Of a stretch of DNA of 64,000 nucleotides, positions 24,521-36,660 are shown piece by piece; positions within the stretch are counted from its first letter, which is position 1; each line of letters begins with the position of its first letter. Source of the DNA: Eutreptiella sp. 'Long Island Sound 2002' (Eukaryota > Protista > Euglenida); the NCBI GenBank assembly GCA_964036045.1, contig OZ038378.1, positions 75,826,001 to 75,890,000 of the forward strand, read 5' to 3'. The position numbers and the translations under genes are program-made. Below the pieces are notes generated by a model. It searched no databases. It had not been told where the DNA came from and saw only the letters and a program-made list of their open reading frames with translations.

Positions 24521-26745
24521 GGGTCCACTTCAGTAGCGCTGGGACTCTGTCACTAGGCACCACGATGCGGTCCTCTTGCGAGAGGTAGCTCTTGTCCCTC
24601 TTCCACTGATCTTGGTTGACCAGGAGGGGTTCAAGGCGTTTCTCAAGGCGCTTGTAGATATCCCCAAACTCCTTCAGGTACTTTGATTGTTGGAGTCCAT
24701 CCAGGGGGCGTATCATTGTCATGTTGAGGTCCAAGTGGACGTCCATACGGCTGAACGCCTCCTTAGCCAGCGCTTCAGACCAGGCACCAAGCAGGGCGTC
24801 GAGGTTGTTGCGGCTGATGTAGTCTGCACACTCGTTCTTCGCTCCCTGGATATGGTGTATCGTCAGCCGTAGTTGACTGAGGTAGGTCCACCAGCGCGCT
24901 AGCTTGGCCTTCTCAGGTTGGGGGCCCTTCTGGAAACTGCAGACCGGTTCTTGGTCGCACAGGCAGACCACAGGGTTACTCCCGAACAGTCGTGCTTGTG
25001 AGGATAGCACTAGCATACCCGCGAGCAATTCCTGCTCATAAGTGGAGTAGTTCCCCCTGGCCTGATTCCATTTCCAGTTCCAGTGGCCCAGAGGCACTAG
25101 GACCCACTTGTCGTCAGGGTAGCTGTGCTTGAGGGTTCCATCTAGGTTGAGACCATCCGTCCCCCATTGGGAAATTGCCGAGTCGAACTCCTCCTTCTCT
25201 AGTGCTTGCCATTGAAACAACGTTTCACCACCGCCCACATTGCTGGCGTCGGTCACCAGGATAATCTCCCCTTGTGCCCTAGGCACGCCCAAGCACTTAG
25301 TGTTGGCCACCTTGTCTTTGAGCTCGCCAAACGCTTGGTGCTCTTGTGGGCCCCAGCGCCAAGTAGTACTCTTCTTGATGAAGTCCGTCAGAATGGCGCT
25401 GGTGTAGGTGAAGTTTTTGATATGGCGGCAATAGAAGTTGCACGCCCCAATGAAACTGCGTACATCATGAAGTCCTTTTTCGGGGTCTTCGTGTCGTACC
25501 TTAGCATCCATCAGGGGTTTGGCCTTAGAGGCCGCTGGGGTCCACCACCCATAGCCAACGTCAAACCCCAGGTACTGCATGGTCTCCTGCATGAACTCAC
25601 ACTTCTCCAGCTTGAGTCGTGTGTGGTTCTCCTGGCAGACCGCAAAGAACTCACCCAAGAGGATTAGGTGGTCCTCCTGGGTATTGGTCCCGAGGCATAC
25701 ATCGTCGATGTGTGCTTCCATCTGGGCCCCACAGGATATAAGATCCTGCACCTTAGGCCTCATTCGTAGCTCTTGGAATAGAGCGGGTGCGTTGGCCACG
25801 CCAAATGGCACGACCTTCCACTTGAACACCCTCCCCTGAGGGGTGATGAAGGCCAGTAGCTCCTGAAGCGTTGGGCGTCAGGTCCACTTGCAAGAATCCG
25901 CTCCTCTTGTCCATCTTGGTCTTGTAGCGACAGGGGGCTATTTTCTCAAGGGTAGACTCCATATTAGGAATGGACCCTGAGTGGTTCAATGTTTTCTTGT
26001 TCAGTTCTCCGTAGTCCACTACCAGCCGTTTGGGTGTAGACCCAGGTTTAGCCACCAGGAAACAGGGGCTGCAGTGTAGGGGGTAGTCCCAGTCCTTGTA
26101 CTCCAGGACTAGGCCAGCGTCGATACATTCTTGTATCTGTTGCTCAATCTCATCGGCCTGCTCTTTAGGAGCTGGATAGGGCCTCCTCCGTATCTTGTGA
26201 CCCAAGAACCCGCGTTTCAGCTTGAGGTCCATCTGTACCAGCTTGTCACATGAAGCTGGAGGGAGTAGTTCTCCGAACACCTCCAGATAGGTCCTAATCA
26301 GCTTCTGCACCCGCGGGTCCAAAAGCTTGATCTTGTCCTCCATGTCCTCGTCAGAGTGTAAGTTGCTTGCCCCCTGAGTAATAGACGTCGGGAGGTGATC
26401 CTCCACAGACTCTTCGCCCTTGGTAGTGTCCTTCAACCCTTGGTAGGCATATAGGAGGTCTTGTTCAACCATCTCCGATGGACGATGGCAACATAGGCAC
26501 GCTCGAGGGGGTTCACATACACATTCCTCCGAGAGGTCGTCCTCCTCTGGGGTCCTCACATGGGCGCCCCACACGCTCTTCATGAGCTTAAGATCTACCT
26601 CCCTTTGCCAGGTGGTGATCTTCTGTTCGAGGTCCTCCTTCAATTGTGATAGATCTCCCATACATCCTTGCTTCAGTGGCCATGAGCTGCGGGTAGGCTT
26701 AGCGTAGCATAGCTTTTTCGCCACCAACTTCCTCTTGGAGTCCAC
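24516..26745 (-). CDS. pol: Reverse transcriptase plus RNase H (one frameshift near 25870)
   Basis: RRPYP, SPCFLVAKP, RLVVDYGELN, PFGVANAPALFQ, HIDD (25701-25712), YLGF, LVTDAS, YSTYEQELLA, NECADYISR. Confidence 0.95.
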
Positions 26746-27144
26746 ATACTCCCTTAGCCTGGATCAAGGGTCCAGCTCTTCGTCCACGGGGTCTTCAATT
26801 CTCATGGAGAGTAGGGGTTTCAATGGGGCGACGTACTCGGCGTTCTCCACTTCCTCCACACAGGTCTGCACGATGAAGGCGTTGTGCTCAGTTTCATCAT
26901 CTGAGTGGATAGAGCTAGGTAGCTTGGATAGTCCACACTCAGGTACTCTCTCAGGAACAGGTACATGGCAGGGAGAGTTGGGGGCGTTGGTGTCAGTCAC
27001 GACGTACTCATCTCCTCCTCGTATAGTCTCAATAGCACCTTGAGGTCGTAGTCGATCCTTCAAGTCACCCAAGTCGAGTCCATCGCTTTCTGGTTGTATA
27101 GCCTGGACCAGAGTTGGGTCCAGATCCTCCCAGGAGATGGAGGT

Positions 27145-27573
27145 AAGACCTCCGTTCACCACGCTGAGCATACTCCCCCATTCGGGTTTCCCAATAGGCG
27201 TCTTACGCCCCAGAGGCACGTAGATGGCCTCATCAGGTAACCGAAAAGAGCTGATAGTCAGCCTGTCCAGGAGGTCTCGCCAGTACTCGTTGCCCCCATG
27301 GGCTCCCGAATCAGGGGAACAAATGACCATACGGGAACGTTCCAAGGCCACCTTGGTCTTGACCTTCCCCAGTTCACTGAACCTAGGGTTCCCGTAGGCC
27401 ATCCCGAAGGAGGGCCAGTAAAATTTGTAGCTGCAGTTCTTGCCCTTGCTGCAGTAAAGGTCCAGTACATGCTGCTTGTCGCTGGCGAACAACTCCACAT
27501 TCAGGTCCTCTCTAGAGTAACCCAACTCCTTCAGACCTTGGTCTAGGACTTCCCCCAATAGTTGATAGTCCTC
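27145..27573 (-). CDS. Dam-like DNA N6-adenine methyltransferase domain, in frame after the protease
   Basis: Residues 148-290 of ORF 26764-28014: DYQL...VELFAS...LYCS...YKFYW...AYGNPRFSELGKV..KV...MVICSPD...YWRDLL. This tracks the DIRS-type MTase pattern DW.L/DxFAS/DAF..W/NPPF..I.RV/L.VP.W/WW.LL. Assigned by eye. Confidence 0.75.
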
Positions 27574-27684
27574 AGTTTTGGAGGCCGTCATCATGTTCGA
27601 AGGCTCCTCCTTCGATAGCCTGGGGTAGCTCCAGGTATGTTCAAACTGCTCCAGTGGCACAGACTCTCTGCCACTGCCGTGGTC

Positions 27685-28014
27685 CACGTAGAGGAGGTAG
27701 GGCGCTTGCAGCGTCAGGGATTGTATCTGGGAGTGCTGCACGAAGAAGTCAGTCCCCAATACAAAGTCAAAGGCCTCAGTGTCCATCACATAGAACCGAT
27801 GGGCGATAGTCCGGGAGCCCATAGGTAGCTCCACTTCACAGTCCCTGCAGCTGTGCACCACATGTCCATCCCCCATTCGTATAGCCGCGGTGGTCATGGT
27901 GTTCCTCAGGCTCCCACAAGGTAAAATTTTCTTGGCCACTATAGATATGGTGGCGCCAGTATCCAATACCCCCAGGTATTCACATCCCCCTAGTCGGATA
28001 TGTACCCAAAACAC
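27685..28014 (-). CDS. pol: Retropepsin aspartic protease
   Basis: YLGVLDTGATISIV and DFVLGTDF. Confidence 0.9.
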
Positions 28015-28103
28015 CAGGTCCTGGGTGCCACCGGAGCGTCCTCGTCAGAACTCCGCGGGACAGGTCCCCTCGAACCCCTTGTTCCGCAGCTTGCGGGCCA
28101 TCC

Positions 28104-30442
28104 TCATGAAACGGCTTCTCTTCTTAGCGTTGCCGTCGTCACCACCTTCGTGCTCCCGCTTGGCCCCTTGTTCTTTCTGGGCCTGCGTCTGTGAGCGTGT
28201 GGTAGGACCAGACTGCCCTCCAGAGGGCCCGGAGTTCCCCCCTGGATCAGGTTTGGGTTGCCTCTGTTCTTATCCGTGTTCTTGTTGTCCTTGTCTGGCT
28301 GGCGGTTAGCGCCTCCTCCTCGTCCACCTTGACTCTTGTCTTGCCCTTGTCCTCGTCCTTTCGACTTGCCCTTGCCGGAGTCGTTGCCTTTGCCTTTGCC
28401 TCCACCCTTGCCTGAGCCTTTGCCAGGATCTTCACCCTTCAGCTTCACCGATAGGCGCTGCTTGTGGTAGCACTCATCCTCGTAGTGCTTCCTCTTCCCA
28501 CAGAAGGCACACGTGATGGTGCACCTGTGATGATCCGGCAGCTTGGCTTTGGCGCCGGTGTTCTTCTCCTGCTGCTTCCCTTGGACTACGAAGCAGTCTC
28601 GCTGCTCGCAATCAGGGGCGTGCTGCAGGTGGCCCTGCTCGTCTCTGGCATCACACCAGAAGAGCTCCTTGACGTTTTCCATGATACGGGCGTGGGCGTG
28701 TTTGGGGGTAGTCCCCTGCCCAGGTTTGGATCCTTGGTACCCTTTGCCATGGCCTCCAGAGCCTCCACCTCCAGGACGGTAGTTGTTCAGGTGCTGGTTG
28801 CTTTCTTTCTCCAGCGCCAGATCCAGGAGTAGTACAATTAGATCCTCGTAGCGGAGGGATCTAGCCTTACGCTCTGCCGTTGAACGGCACTCGTCCCACA
28901 GCTCTGGAGGAAGCTTAGCTACCATCCAGAACAAGAAAGTCGTCGCTGCTGTAGGAGCCGGGCGTCAGTCGTCCAGCCCAGTGATCAAGGTCAGCCAACA
29001 GCCCAGGTTTGGGGTTGTTGGGCAACACGGGCAGGATCTGGATCTCGGCCCTGATGGAGAGGTCGGTTTCATGGGTCGGGTACTGCCTCTCCAAGGCAAC
29101 CAACACATCGGCAAAGGTGGCGGAGCTAGTCACAATCTGTCTGACCTGCTTCTCCAGGTACTTGATCTTGCAGCACTGCAGGAGCAGATCGCACTTGACC
29201 CGTCCACTAGCGTGGGTTTGGCCGGTCAATCGGAGAAACCCTGAGGTCCTTGCCTGTGAGCTCAGGCAGATTCACCACGATCTTGGAGGTGGCAAAAGCC
29301 TTAGCCTCCTGAGACCTGCGTCCCTCAGGGCGTCGGGTCTTCCTCTTCTTCTTCTTCTTCTTCTTCCCACTTGGGGTCTCGGGGTCCTCAAGGTCGTCGT
29401 CCTCCGAGGGCGAAGCAGAAGTCACCGACGACGGCTCATCATCGGAGTGGTCTCCGCCTAGATCACTAGAGCCATAGGGCTCCACGTCAACCATTGCCCT
29501 CAAGCCTGTCAGCCCCAGCCGGTCCAGCTCGGCTCTCGTAGAATTCGTCACGTGGCTGTAGGGCGGCTGGGCCGTTCTCGGTACGAAAGGGCTTCCTGGT
29601 ATCGCTGCAGGGGTCGGCATCGGTCGGCTCCTCAGGCTCCCCTGGGGGTTTGTCAGCCCTGCCACCAGGTGGTTGGCCTGTACCCGATGGGGTGACACTC
29701 CCACAGTGGTAGGTGACGCTTGGGGCCATATCATCAGGGGCTCCAGTTTATCTCGAATCTCTTGAGTGAGGTCGCCCACAATTTTAGAGGTGGCTCCTCG
29801 GAGCACCTCGTTGATCTCCGACCGCGTCAGGGACCTGTTGGAGGATCTCCCCGGGCCTCCACTTCTTCCTCCAAGAGACTCAGGTCCTCTCCTCAACCCA
29901 CTCAAGGTTGCATACCCAGGAACATCCACATAGGCTCCCGTAGCGGGTAGAGGATGGTGATAGTCAGCCGCATACCATCCCGGCGCAGAACTGGAGGTCA
30001 CCGGCTCACTGGCAGTAGTTGCCTCAGGGAACGCAGTGGTAGGTGGGCCCATACCATAGGCAGGGTAGGTAGGCATACCAGTGAAGCCTGTGCCCTCAGC
30101 CGTAGGCGGGTTGGTTATGGGTGTGGATGTTGCAGTGGCTGGGTCTGGAATTGGGAGTGTGGTGGTTATAGGAGAGGGTGATGCGTGGAGGCCAGAAGCG
30201 CTTGGTGCGCCCTCGAAGGTAGGATTATTCGTCGGGTCGTGCCCTTGGTCTGCTCCTTTGTCTGCTTCCTCTCCAGCATCCTTCTTTCTCTCTCTCTTTC
30301 TCTTCACAGGTTGAGTGTCCACCTCGTCGACTGAGAGGGCCCGGAAGGCCGACTGGAGTCCTTCGAACGAATCCCCCACCACGTCCACTGGCCCATGTAA
30401 GGGCTCCAAAAGGTACAGCGCTAGGTCAAGGTCCAGGTTCAC
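28104..30442 (-). CDS. gag: Gag (frameshifted pieces) with CCHC zinc knuckle
   Basis: ORFs 29207-30442, 28915-29229 and 28104-28934. CAFCGKRKHYEDEC (C-x2-C-x4-H-x4-C) at ~28469-28511. Confidence 0.8.
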
Positions 30443-30597
30443 CAGGTGCTGGCATTGCTGGTGCCTCAGGCGCTGTCTTCACCTCGGTGTCCTCTTTCTT
30501 TGTGTCCATCTTCGTTCGCCATTCTGCTTATGTATGACTGATCTTGGCGCACTGGTTGTACGGCACGGGGTTGCTGCTGGTACGCAGAGACAGTCTG

Positions 30598-30610
30598 CCT
30601 CTTGCTACCA
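30598..30610 (-). promoter_or_regulatory. Primer-binding site, initiator tRNA-Met-like
   Basis: Minus strand reads TGGTAGCAAGAGG directly at the 5' LTR end. It implies a primer with an A1:U72 pair, the hallmark of eukaryotic initiator tRNA. Confidence 0.75.
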
Positions 30611-31354
30611 GAAGGTTTTATAGTGATTTCAACACTGTGTTTGTGCCTCTCCTGCTGCTTGCTGCTGGTGTAGGGTTTCCTGCTGCTTGTATTTGAGGAG
30701 GAAGATGTTTTAGTTGCTGAAATACAATCAATCCAGGATAGCCCAAGCCAGAGATAAGCAAGTAGAAGAGAATCAGGATCAAAGCATGAAGGGCTGCAGT
30801 GTAAACAGTGAAAGATGTTAGAATATTCACAGAAACTGCAACTCAAGGCACATCGGATTGCATATTCACAGAGATAGCTGAAATGCTTTGGAAAAAGAGT
30901 TGGAAAACTGCCCCATCATCACTCAATCTCCCTAGGTCCAACTCAGAAGATGTGCACTCTTTGTTTTGGGTCCCATATGTGCTGAGGCCCGCAGGGCATG
31001 TGGCGATGAGGTCACTGCCATGTCACATGGGATCTTCCTACTTAGCTAGGCTGACCGGGAATTGAACCCAGGACCTCTCAAAAAGAGGTGCCCAGCCCCC
31101 TAGGGTGCATACCACTAGGATAGCTAAGAATGCCCTGGATATGTCAGTTCTCAGTCGACCCAGGAAAAGATGAGTAGCCTCACATTGTTAAGGGATTAAG
31201 GGGTCCACTCCATATCCTGACTTAGTGTTTGGTTCCATAGGTCAAAATGTGTTATCACCACTTTTGGTTGGGCCAATACTAAGAGAGAAATGCCTTTGTG
31301 CTTGGTGTGCCTCAAAGTATGCCTCAAAGTATCCGAAAAGCACTTTTTCTTACT
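30610..31354 (-). repeat. 5' LTR (745 bp)
   Basis: Colinear with 20055-20842, with scattered substitutions and indels. Confidence 0.9.
31041..31128 (-). ncRNA. 88-nt tRNA-like/SINE-like structured element inside the 5' LTR
   Basis: Same fold as 20485-20572, with T-arm CTGGG-TTCAATT-CCCGG. Confidence 0.55.
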
Positions 31355-31500
31355 TTTCTTGCCCCCTTTTTGCATTGCCTCCGGTGCCCTGTCCTTGTCG
31401 CCGCCTGCCTGCTACCTTGGGCCTCTCCTCACCCCCTTGCCGGGGGCCTTCCCTTTCCCCTTTCCCTTTTCGCGATGGTGCTGGTGGGATGCTGGCGGAG

Positions 31501-32160
31501 TGGCTGATTGCTGCTTTCTTTGAACCCTCAACTGAAGGTACAGCACACAGCAATGCTTTGAAGTTCGAATGTGCATCGTGCAGCTGTGCAGACTGCTGTG
31601 CAGCTCTGCAGCTGTGTAGGTGGTACGGTGCAGCCAGTTGTCTGCTCTGCATATGTCAGTAAACTGATTACAGCTGTTCTTGAACCCTGAACTGAAGGTA
31701 CAGCACACAGCAATAATTTGAAGCTCGAATGTGCATCGTGCAGCTGTATGATTTTTTTCGTGAAATGTTTGTTATGAAAAGTCCGGGTATTGACGAGCAT
31801 ATCACATTATAACTGCATGGTGCAAGACAAAAAGCACAAGGACAATGTGAATCGTGCGTAGATCAGGGTCAATCTATGTTGTCTACATACATTGCAATGG
31901 TTTCCATTTTGTATTGTGTTGGACAAGTAAGTAATTCATTTCTCCACACAAATTGAGTTTTTGTTTTGCCCGAAATATTGGATGTGCATGACATCTTGGC
32001 ACTCAAAACGAGCCATGCGTCAACTCTTATTATGAATGATAGGCAAAAACCACAAAATTTTCAAAACAAGCTTAATACACAACGAAGATGTGTCAATTTT
32101 GTCAACCATTTGGATAGAATCCGGGTTTTGGCCACTTTGTGCCCGGTAAAATCAAAGGTG
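31501..32160. mobile_element. ~660-bp AT-rich insertion into the array, with an internal ~67-bp direct repeat
   Basis: Its flanks are contiguous in the homologous copy (~11660-11680). tgaaccct.aactgaaggtacagcacacagcaat...gtgcagctgt occurs at ~31520 and ~31681. Confidence 0.6.
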
Positions 32161-34499
32161 GTGGGGCGCTGATGGCCCATGCCTGCGGGTGGGTGATCTG
32201 GAGCCACCGGCAGAGGGTCTCGGGGGTGTAGGGGGGGCAGAGGCCGTGGACCGCAGCCCGGAGAAGGGTTTTCCATGCCGCCTGCGGCATGGCGGCCTCA
32301 GGAGCGGCCTTGTTGGGGTTGCCGGTGCGGATCTCCTCGAAGGTGTTCACCTTGTGCACCCCCTCCCGCCTTCCCGCTCCCGTGGCCGGCTTCACCCAGT
32401 CGCAGAGCTCCTGCAGGGCGGGGACAGACCACCAGGCGAGGTGGGCGGGGTCCAGGGGGGGGAGGGCTCTGAGCTCCAGCTCCTGGAGCGGCGGTGGCGG
32501 GGGCTCGGGGTGGAGGATGTGTATGAACGGTGGGGGGAGCGGGAAGCGGGGTGCTGTTCGTCGGGGAAGGGGGACGCGGACATGGGAGAGCGGTGGCCTG
32601 CGCGGCAGCGTCCAGGGGAGCGGGAGCGGCAGTGGCAGGGGCTGGGGGTGGAGGATGCGTCTTGGGAGCGCGGGGAACGGGATGTGCGGAGCTGTTCGTC
32701 GGGGGAGGTGGATATGGACATTGGACGGTGGTGGCGCGTGTGGCGGCGCTCGGGGGAGCGGGGGCGTCAGTAACGGGGGCAAGTTGTGGGGGACGTGTAT
32801 CGGTGGCGTGGGGAACGGCAAGTGCGGTGCTGTTCGATGGGGGAGGGGGACGTGGACATGGGACGGCGGTGGCGCGTGTGGCGGCGCTCGGGGGAGCGGA
32901 GGCGTCAGTGGCGGGGGCTGGAGTGTGAGGCGCGAACCGGTGGCGCAGGATACGGGAAGCGCGGTGCTGTTCGTGGGGGCAGGGGGACGCGGACATGGGA
33001 CCGCGTTGGCGTGCGTGGCAGCATCCAGGGGAGCGGGAGCAGCGGTGGCGGGGGCTGCCAGTGAAGGATATGTGTGCGCAGCCCGGGGAACGGGAAGCGC
33101 GGTGTTGATTGTGGGGGGAGGGGGACGCGGACATGGGACAACGGTGCCTGCGTGGCGGCGCTCGGGGGAGCAGGGGCGTCAGTGGCGGGGGCTGGGGGTG
33201 TGGGGCCCGTGCTTGTGGCGCGGGGAACAGGAAGCGCAGTGCTGTTCCTGGGAGGGGGGGAACGTCGACATGGGAAGGTGGTGGCGTTCGTGGCGGCGCT
33301 CGGGGGAGCGCGAGCTGCGGGAGCGGGGACCCTGGGGGGTCATGGCTGTACTTCGGGGGGCAGGAGCGGCGCGAGTTAGCAGATGAGGCGCGGTGGCGCT
33401 GTCGGGAACGTGAGAGCCAGGGGCGGGTGTTTCGCACGGGCGGGGGAGCGGGAGCGCCCCAATTTGCGAGATCGGGCCTCGTCGCGGGGCGAGTCGGGCC
33501 AGTCAGGAGGTATTGGTGGGACCTGGGGGGCCTCACGTGGTGCCGCTTGGTACTTGGGGCGGGGTCCCCCACCCTCCATGGCTCCGCCGCGTAGGGGTGT
33601 GGCGGGGTGAGCGGTTGGTGGTACGATTCGAGTGGCTTTCCCGGCTGGGGGTGGGCCCCGGGAACCCCTACGGCGTGGACGTGGTGGCCGGGCAGATATG
33701 GTTCTTGGTAGGGGGGGGGCGGTCCCTGGTGGTAGGCGGGGTAGTCGGGTTCAGCGCCTGGTGGGTGGTGCTGCCATCCCATGCGCTACTGCTGCTCTTG
33801 CATGGGGGGTTGTGGCCCGGTTGGATAGGTTGGTGGGCAGTGATAGTGGTTGTGGTCGTGGTGCTGGTGGTGGTGGTGGTGGGGGCGCTGGCGGAGGTGG
33901 CGCTGGTAGTGGTGGTGGTTGTGGTGCGGGTATGCCCCCAGCATCCCTTGGGGGTCCGGTGGGGCTTGTGGGTCGGGCATCGTTTGCAGCCCTTCGGGCT
34001 GTATCACTTGGTGGGTAGTGGGGGCGGGTTTGGTGCCAGGCTTGAGGGCGACTGAGGTCGGGGGGTCCCATGTCCCCGGATCGGTCTGGCTAGCGGCGGT
34101 GGTGGTTTGCGGGGGTTGGATGATCGGGCGCTTGGAGATGGGGATGTTCACGGGGGTTTGGACAGGGTCGTGTTGTGTGACTGCCTCTGTGGTGCCGGTT
34201 CTCGCTGAGGGGAGGGGGGCTCGGGTTTGGGTTAAGGTTTGGGTCAGGGCGGGGCCTCTTCTGCTGCCGTCGTGCCTTCGGTGGTTTTTGGAGCTCTGTT
34301 TGGTGGTGTTGGTGATGTTGTTGTTGGTGGTGGTGGTGGTGGTGCTGTTGTGGGCGGTGTTGTTGTTAGATTTGGGGTCGGGTTTTGTGTTGGGGGCCGG
34401 CTCAAGGTTGAGGAGGACCTCGTCCTGGAAGTGCGAGGGCACCGTTGCTGGGTGGAAGGGTTTGGCGGTGTGCTGCTGGGGTGCCGAGGTTGCCTGTAA

Positions 34500-35800
34500 G
34501 GGGGTCAGGGGCCCTCTGGCAGCTTGGCGTGCGGCTGCAGAGGAAGTGGTGGTTTTGGGAGATGTGGGTTGCGCTGCCATGCTGGCGGGTGCGGCTTTGT
34601 GGGCCTCGGAGGCCTCCGCCGCGGGTTGATGCCGTGGCCTGTTCCCACTGTTCAGGACGACTCGGCTCCGCCAGGTGGTCTTTCTCCGCTGGGGCTCGCC
34701 GTAGGCATGTGGTCCCTCGGCCTGTGATGTTTGGGCTGGTGTCGTGTGTCAGGGCTTGGCCCTGATTGATGGGGGGGATCCAGATGTGCTGGTCTTGAGT
34801 GTGTTGGCGGGCCCTCCAGAGGGCAGGGTCTACGATGGCCTCGTGGAGACCTTGCCCAAAGGTGGCTAGGACCCGGAGGGCCTTGACAGTGAGCTTGGTT
34901 CAGCTCTCTTGCAGGCGGTACCAGCCCAGGGGAATGTCTGGGGACCTGCCTTGGAGGGTTGCTCGGAGGAGGTTCAGGTCGCTCATGGTGGCTGGTGTGA
35001 GAAGGGCGTGCCCCGGGTCTGCGGTGGTCTGGCGGGGCGGGCTATTGAGGTCTAGTGCGTCCACGTCGATGTGTGGGTGGTGCTCGGCGGGCTTGGCTCG
35101 GCTGGGCGGTCTGGGGTGGTCCCTTGGCCACTACAAACCCGGGCCCCTCTGCAGTCCAATGTTTCTCAGTGCTGAAACCCTTGTTTGCCCCCTGTTCAGG
35201 TAGAAATGAGTAGCACACCGTGCAGCGGCAACAACACTCAAGGGGGATTGATTCATATAGGAGATTATCCGGTCTGGACTGGTGCACTAGGGCTGGTCAA
35301 CAAATTGGCCCATGCTGTGGAGCCACATTTGTGAGCCAACATGCAGGCCGGTTTCCCTGAGAACATGTGATGATGACGAATATATGCCCTTTGCACATTA
35401 TTCTTTCGGTATGTCCTGCACATATTGTGGAAGGTACTGTTCTCATGAAGCATTCGGACACACAAAGTAGCAGAATGGCATCACTGGGGGAAATGTAAGG
35501 ACCATAAAAGCCTTGGGATTAAGTGATAGAGGCGGAGGGACACCCGCGCACCTGTATTTTCTTCCATGGCGCAGGCCTTTCGATTGTGTGGTGGCGACAC
35601 ATGTCTTTCTGAAAATATGCCTCCACCAAAGAAATGACAGCATAGATCAGCAGGCATTTTGTCAAATGTCTGAGGAGGGCTCGCTTGCAAGCCTGGCGCC
35701 CAAAGCAATGCCCCTTAATAGGATGAGGCCCACCTCCTCTGGGGCTGCCTCAGCTGATTAACATCCGTGGGTACTTTGTCTGGTTTCTGACCTGCTGCAA
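34500..35800 (-). pseudogene. LINE family B thumb and C-terminal relic (array copy 3, array end)
   Basis: 35130-35800 is colinear with 7640-8310. It continues into LLRATLQGRSPDIPLGWYRLQE...ALRVLATFGQGLHEAIVDPALW. Confidence 0.6.
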
Positions 35801-36289
35801 CTAAGCCCTCTGGAAGACTGCAAGAGTTGTTAGTTTATTTGCACCCTCCTAGGCTAGTGCCGTTCGGCCTCCTTACTCGCCCGGAATCTTGCCTGTTGAA
35901 TCAGTTCCCGCACCATTGAATGGCACATCCCCATCCCCATCAGTTCGTCCCGGGCGCATGGTTCCTAGCTAGGCATACTAGTTGTTTTTTGGGGGACGCA
36001 GTTGTTCAGCGGCCAAAACAACTGTGAAGATCAATCTTGTGCCACTCGCGGGCTGTGTTTATGTCTTCATGCAACTGCGACTAGTTTCGACCTGTTGCCT
36101 CAGACAATAAGGTTAAGGGAATGTCTGTAGGTGGCCGTTCCTCATCGAGCTGTTTGGCAGCACACAAAGTGCTTCTGATTGCTGGCGCAGCACAGAGGTT
36201 TAGACACGTACCCCAGCCACGCAGCCGTAGCTTCACTTGTGGGCTGATTTCAACTGGTATCATTTCCCTCTCCTCTTTGAACAACCGCC

Positions 36290-36660
36290 CCAAATATTGA
36301 AAACCATAGCAAGGAGACTCTCAGCTAGTGCCGCTGGCCTCTCAGACCAGCGCAAACTGTGAAGTTACGCACAAAGATTTGTAGAAACGGCTTTGTTCGG
36401 AATCTTGAACCCTGACTTGCAACGTGCACCATTACGTGGATGCCTCGCTGCAGTCAAGCCTTGCGCGCTACAAGGGTTGTGGCTGGAACACCAATGGGCA
36501 TTTGTTGTCACAATCAGGAAATCGCTTGTGGATTCTGTGGTCCACTGCTTCTACCGTGCGCCCAACGTGCATCATCCAGCTGGGAAAGCTTGCACGAATA
36601 TGGAAGACGAGGTGCTTTGCCTCGGATGCATGTTCACATTCTTGTTGGTGTCGTGGCTAG
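36290..36660 (-). pseudogene. Possible degenerate GIY-YIG endonuclease fragment
   Basis: LVFHIRASFPSWMMHVGRTVEAVDHRIHK has GIY-x(9-11)-YIG-like spacing followed by T and R, but both tyrosines are replaced and stops flank it. Confidence 0.3.

Larger units (their letters stand above)
20055..31354 (-). mobile_element. Full-length Ty3/Gypsy chromovirus-like LTR retrotransposon (gag-PR-MTase-RT-RH-INT-chromodomain), slightly decayed
   Basis: Paired LTRs, TSD TTTCT at 20050-20054 and 31355-31359, PBS, Gypsy domain order. A single-copy empty site (ggtttcccgccccc) is present in the homologous repeat near 11535. Confidence 0.95.
7340..35800 (-). repeat. Head-to-tail LINE-derived macrosatellite, ~6.4-6.7 kb period, more than 2 units, with nested insertions
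   Basis: The marker gtactttgt(g/c)tggtttctgacctgctgca recurs at ~8290, ~17140 and ~35772. Blocks 8300-11540 match 17130-20054, and 11540-13800 match 31360-31500 plus 32160-34540. Confidence 0.75.
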
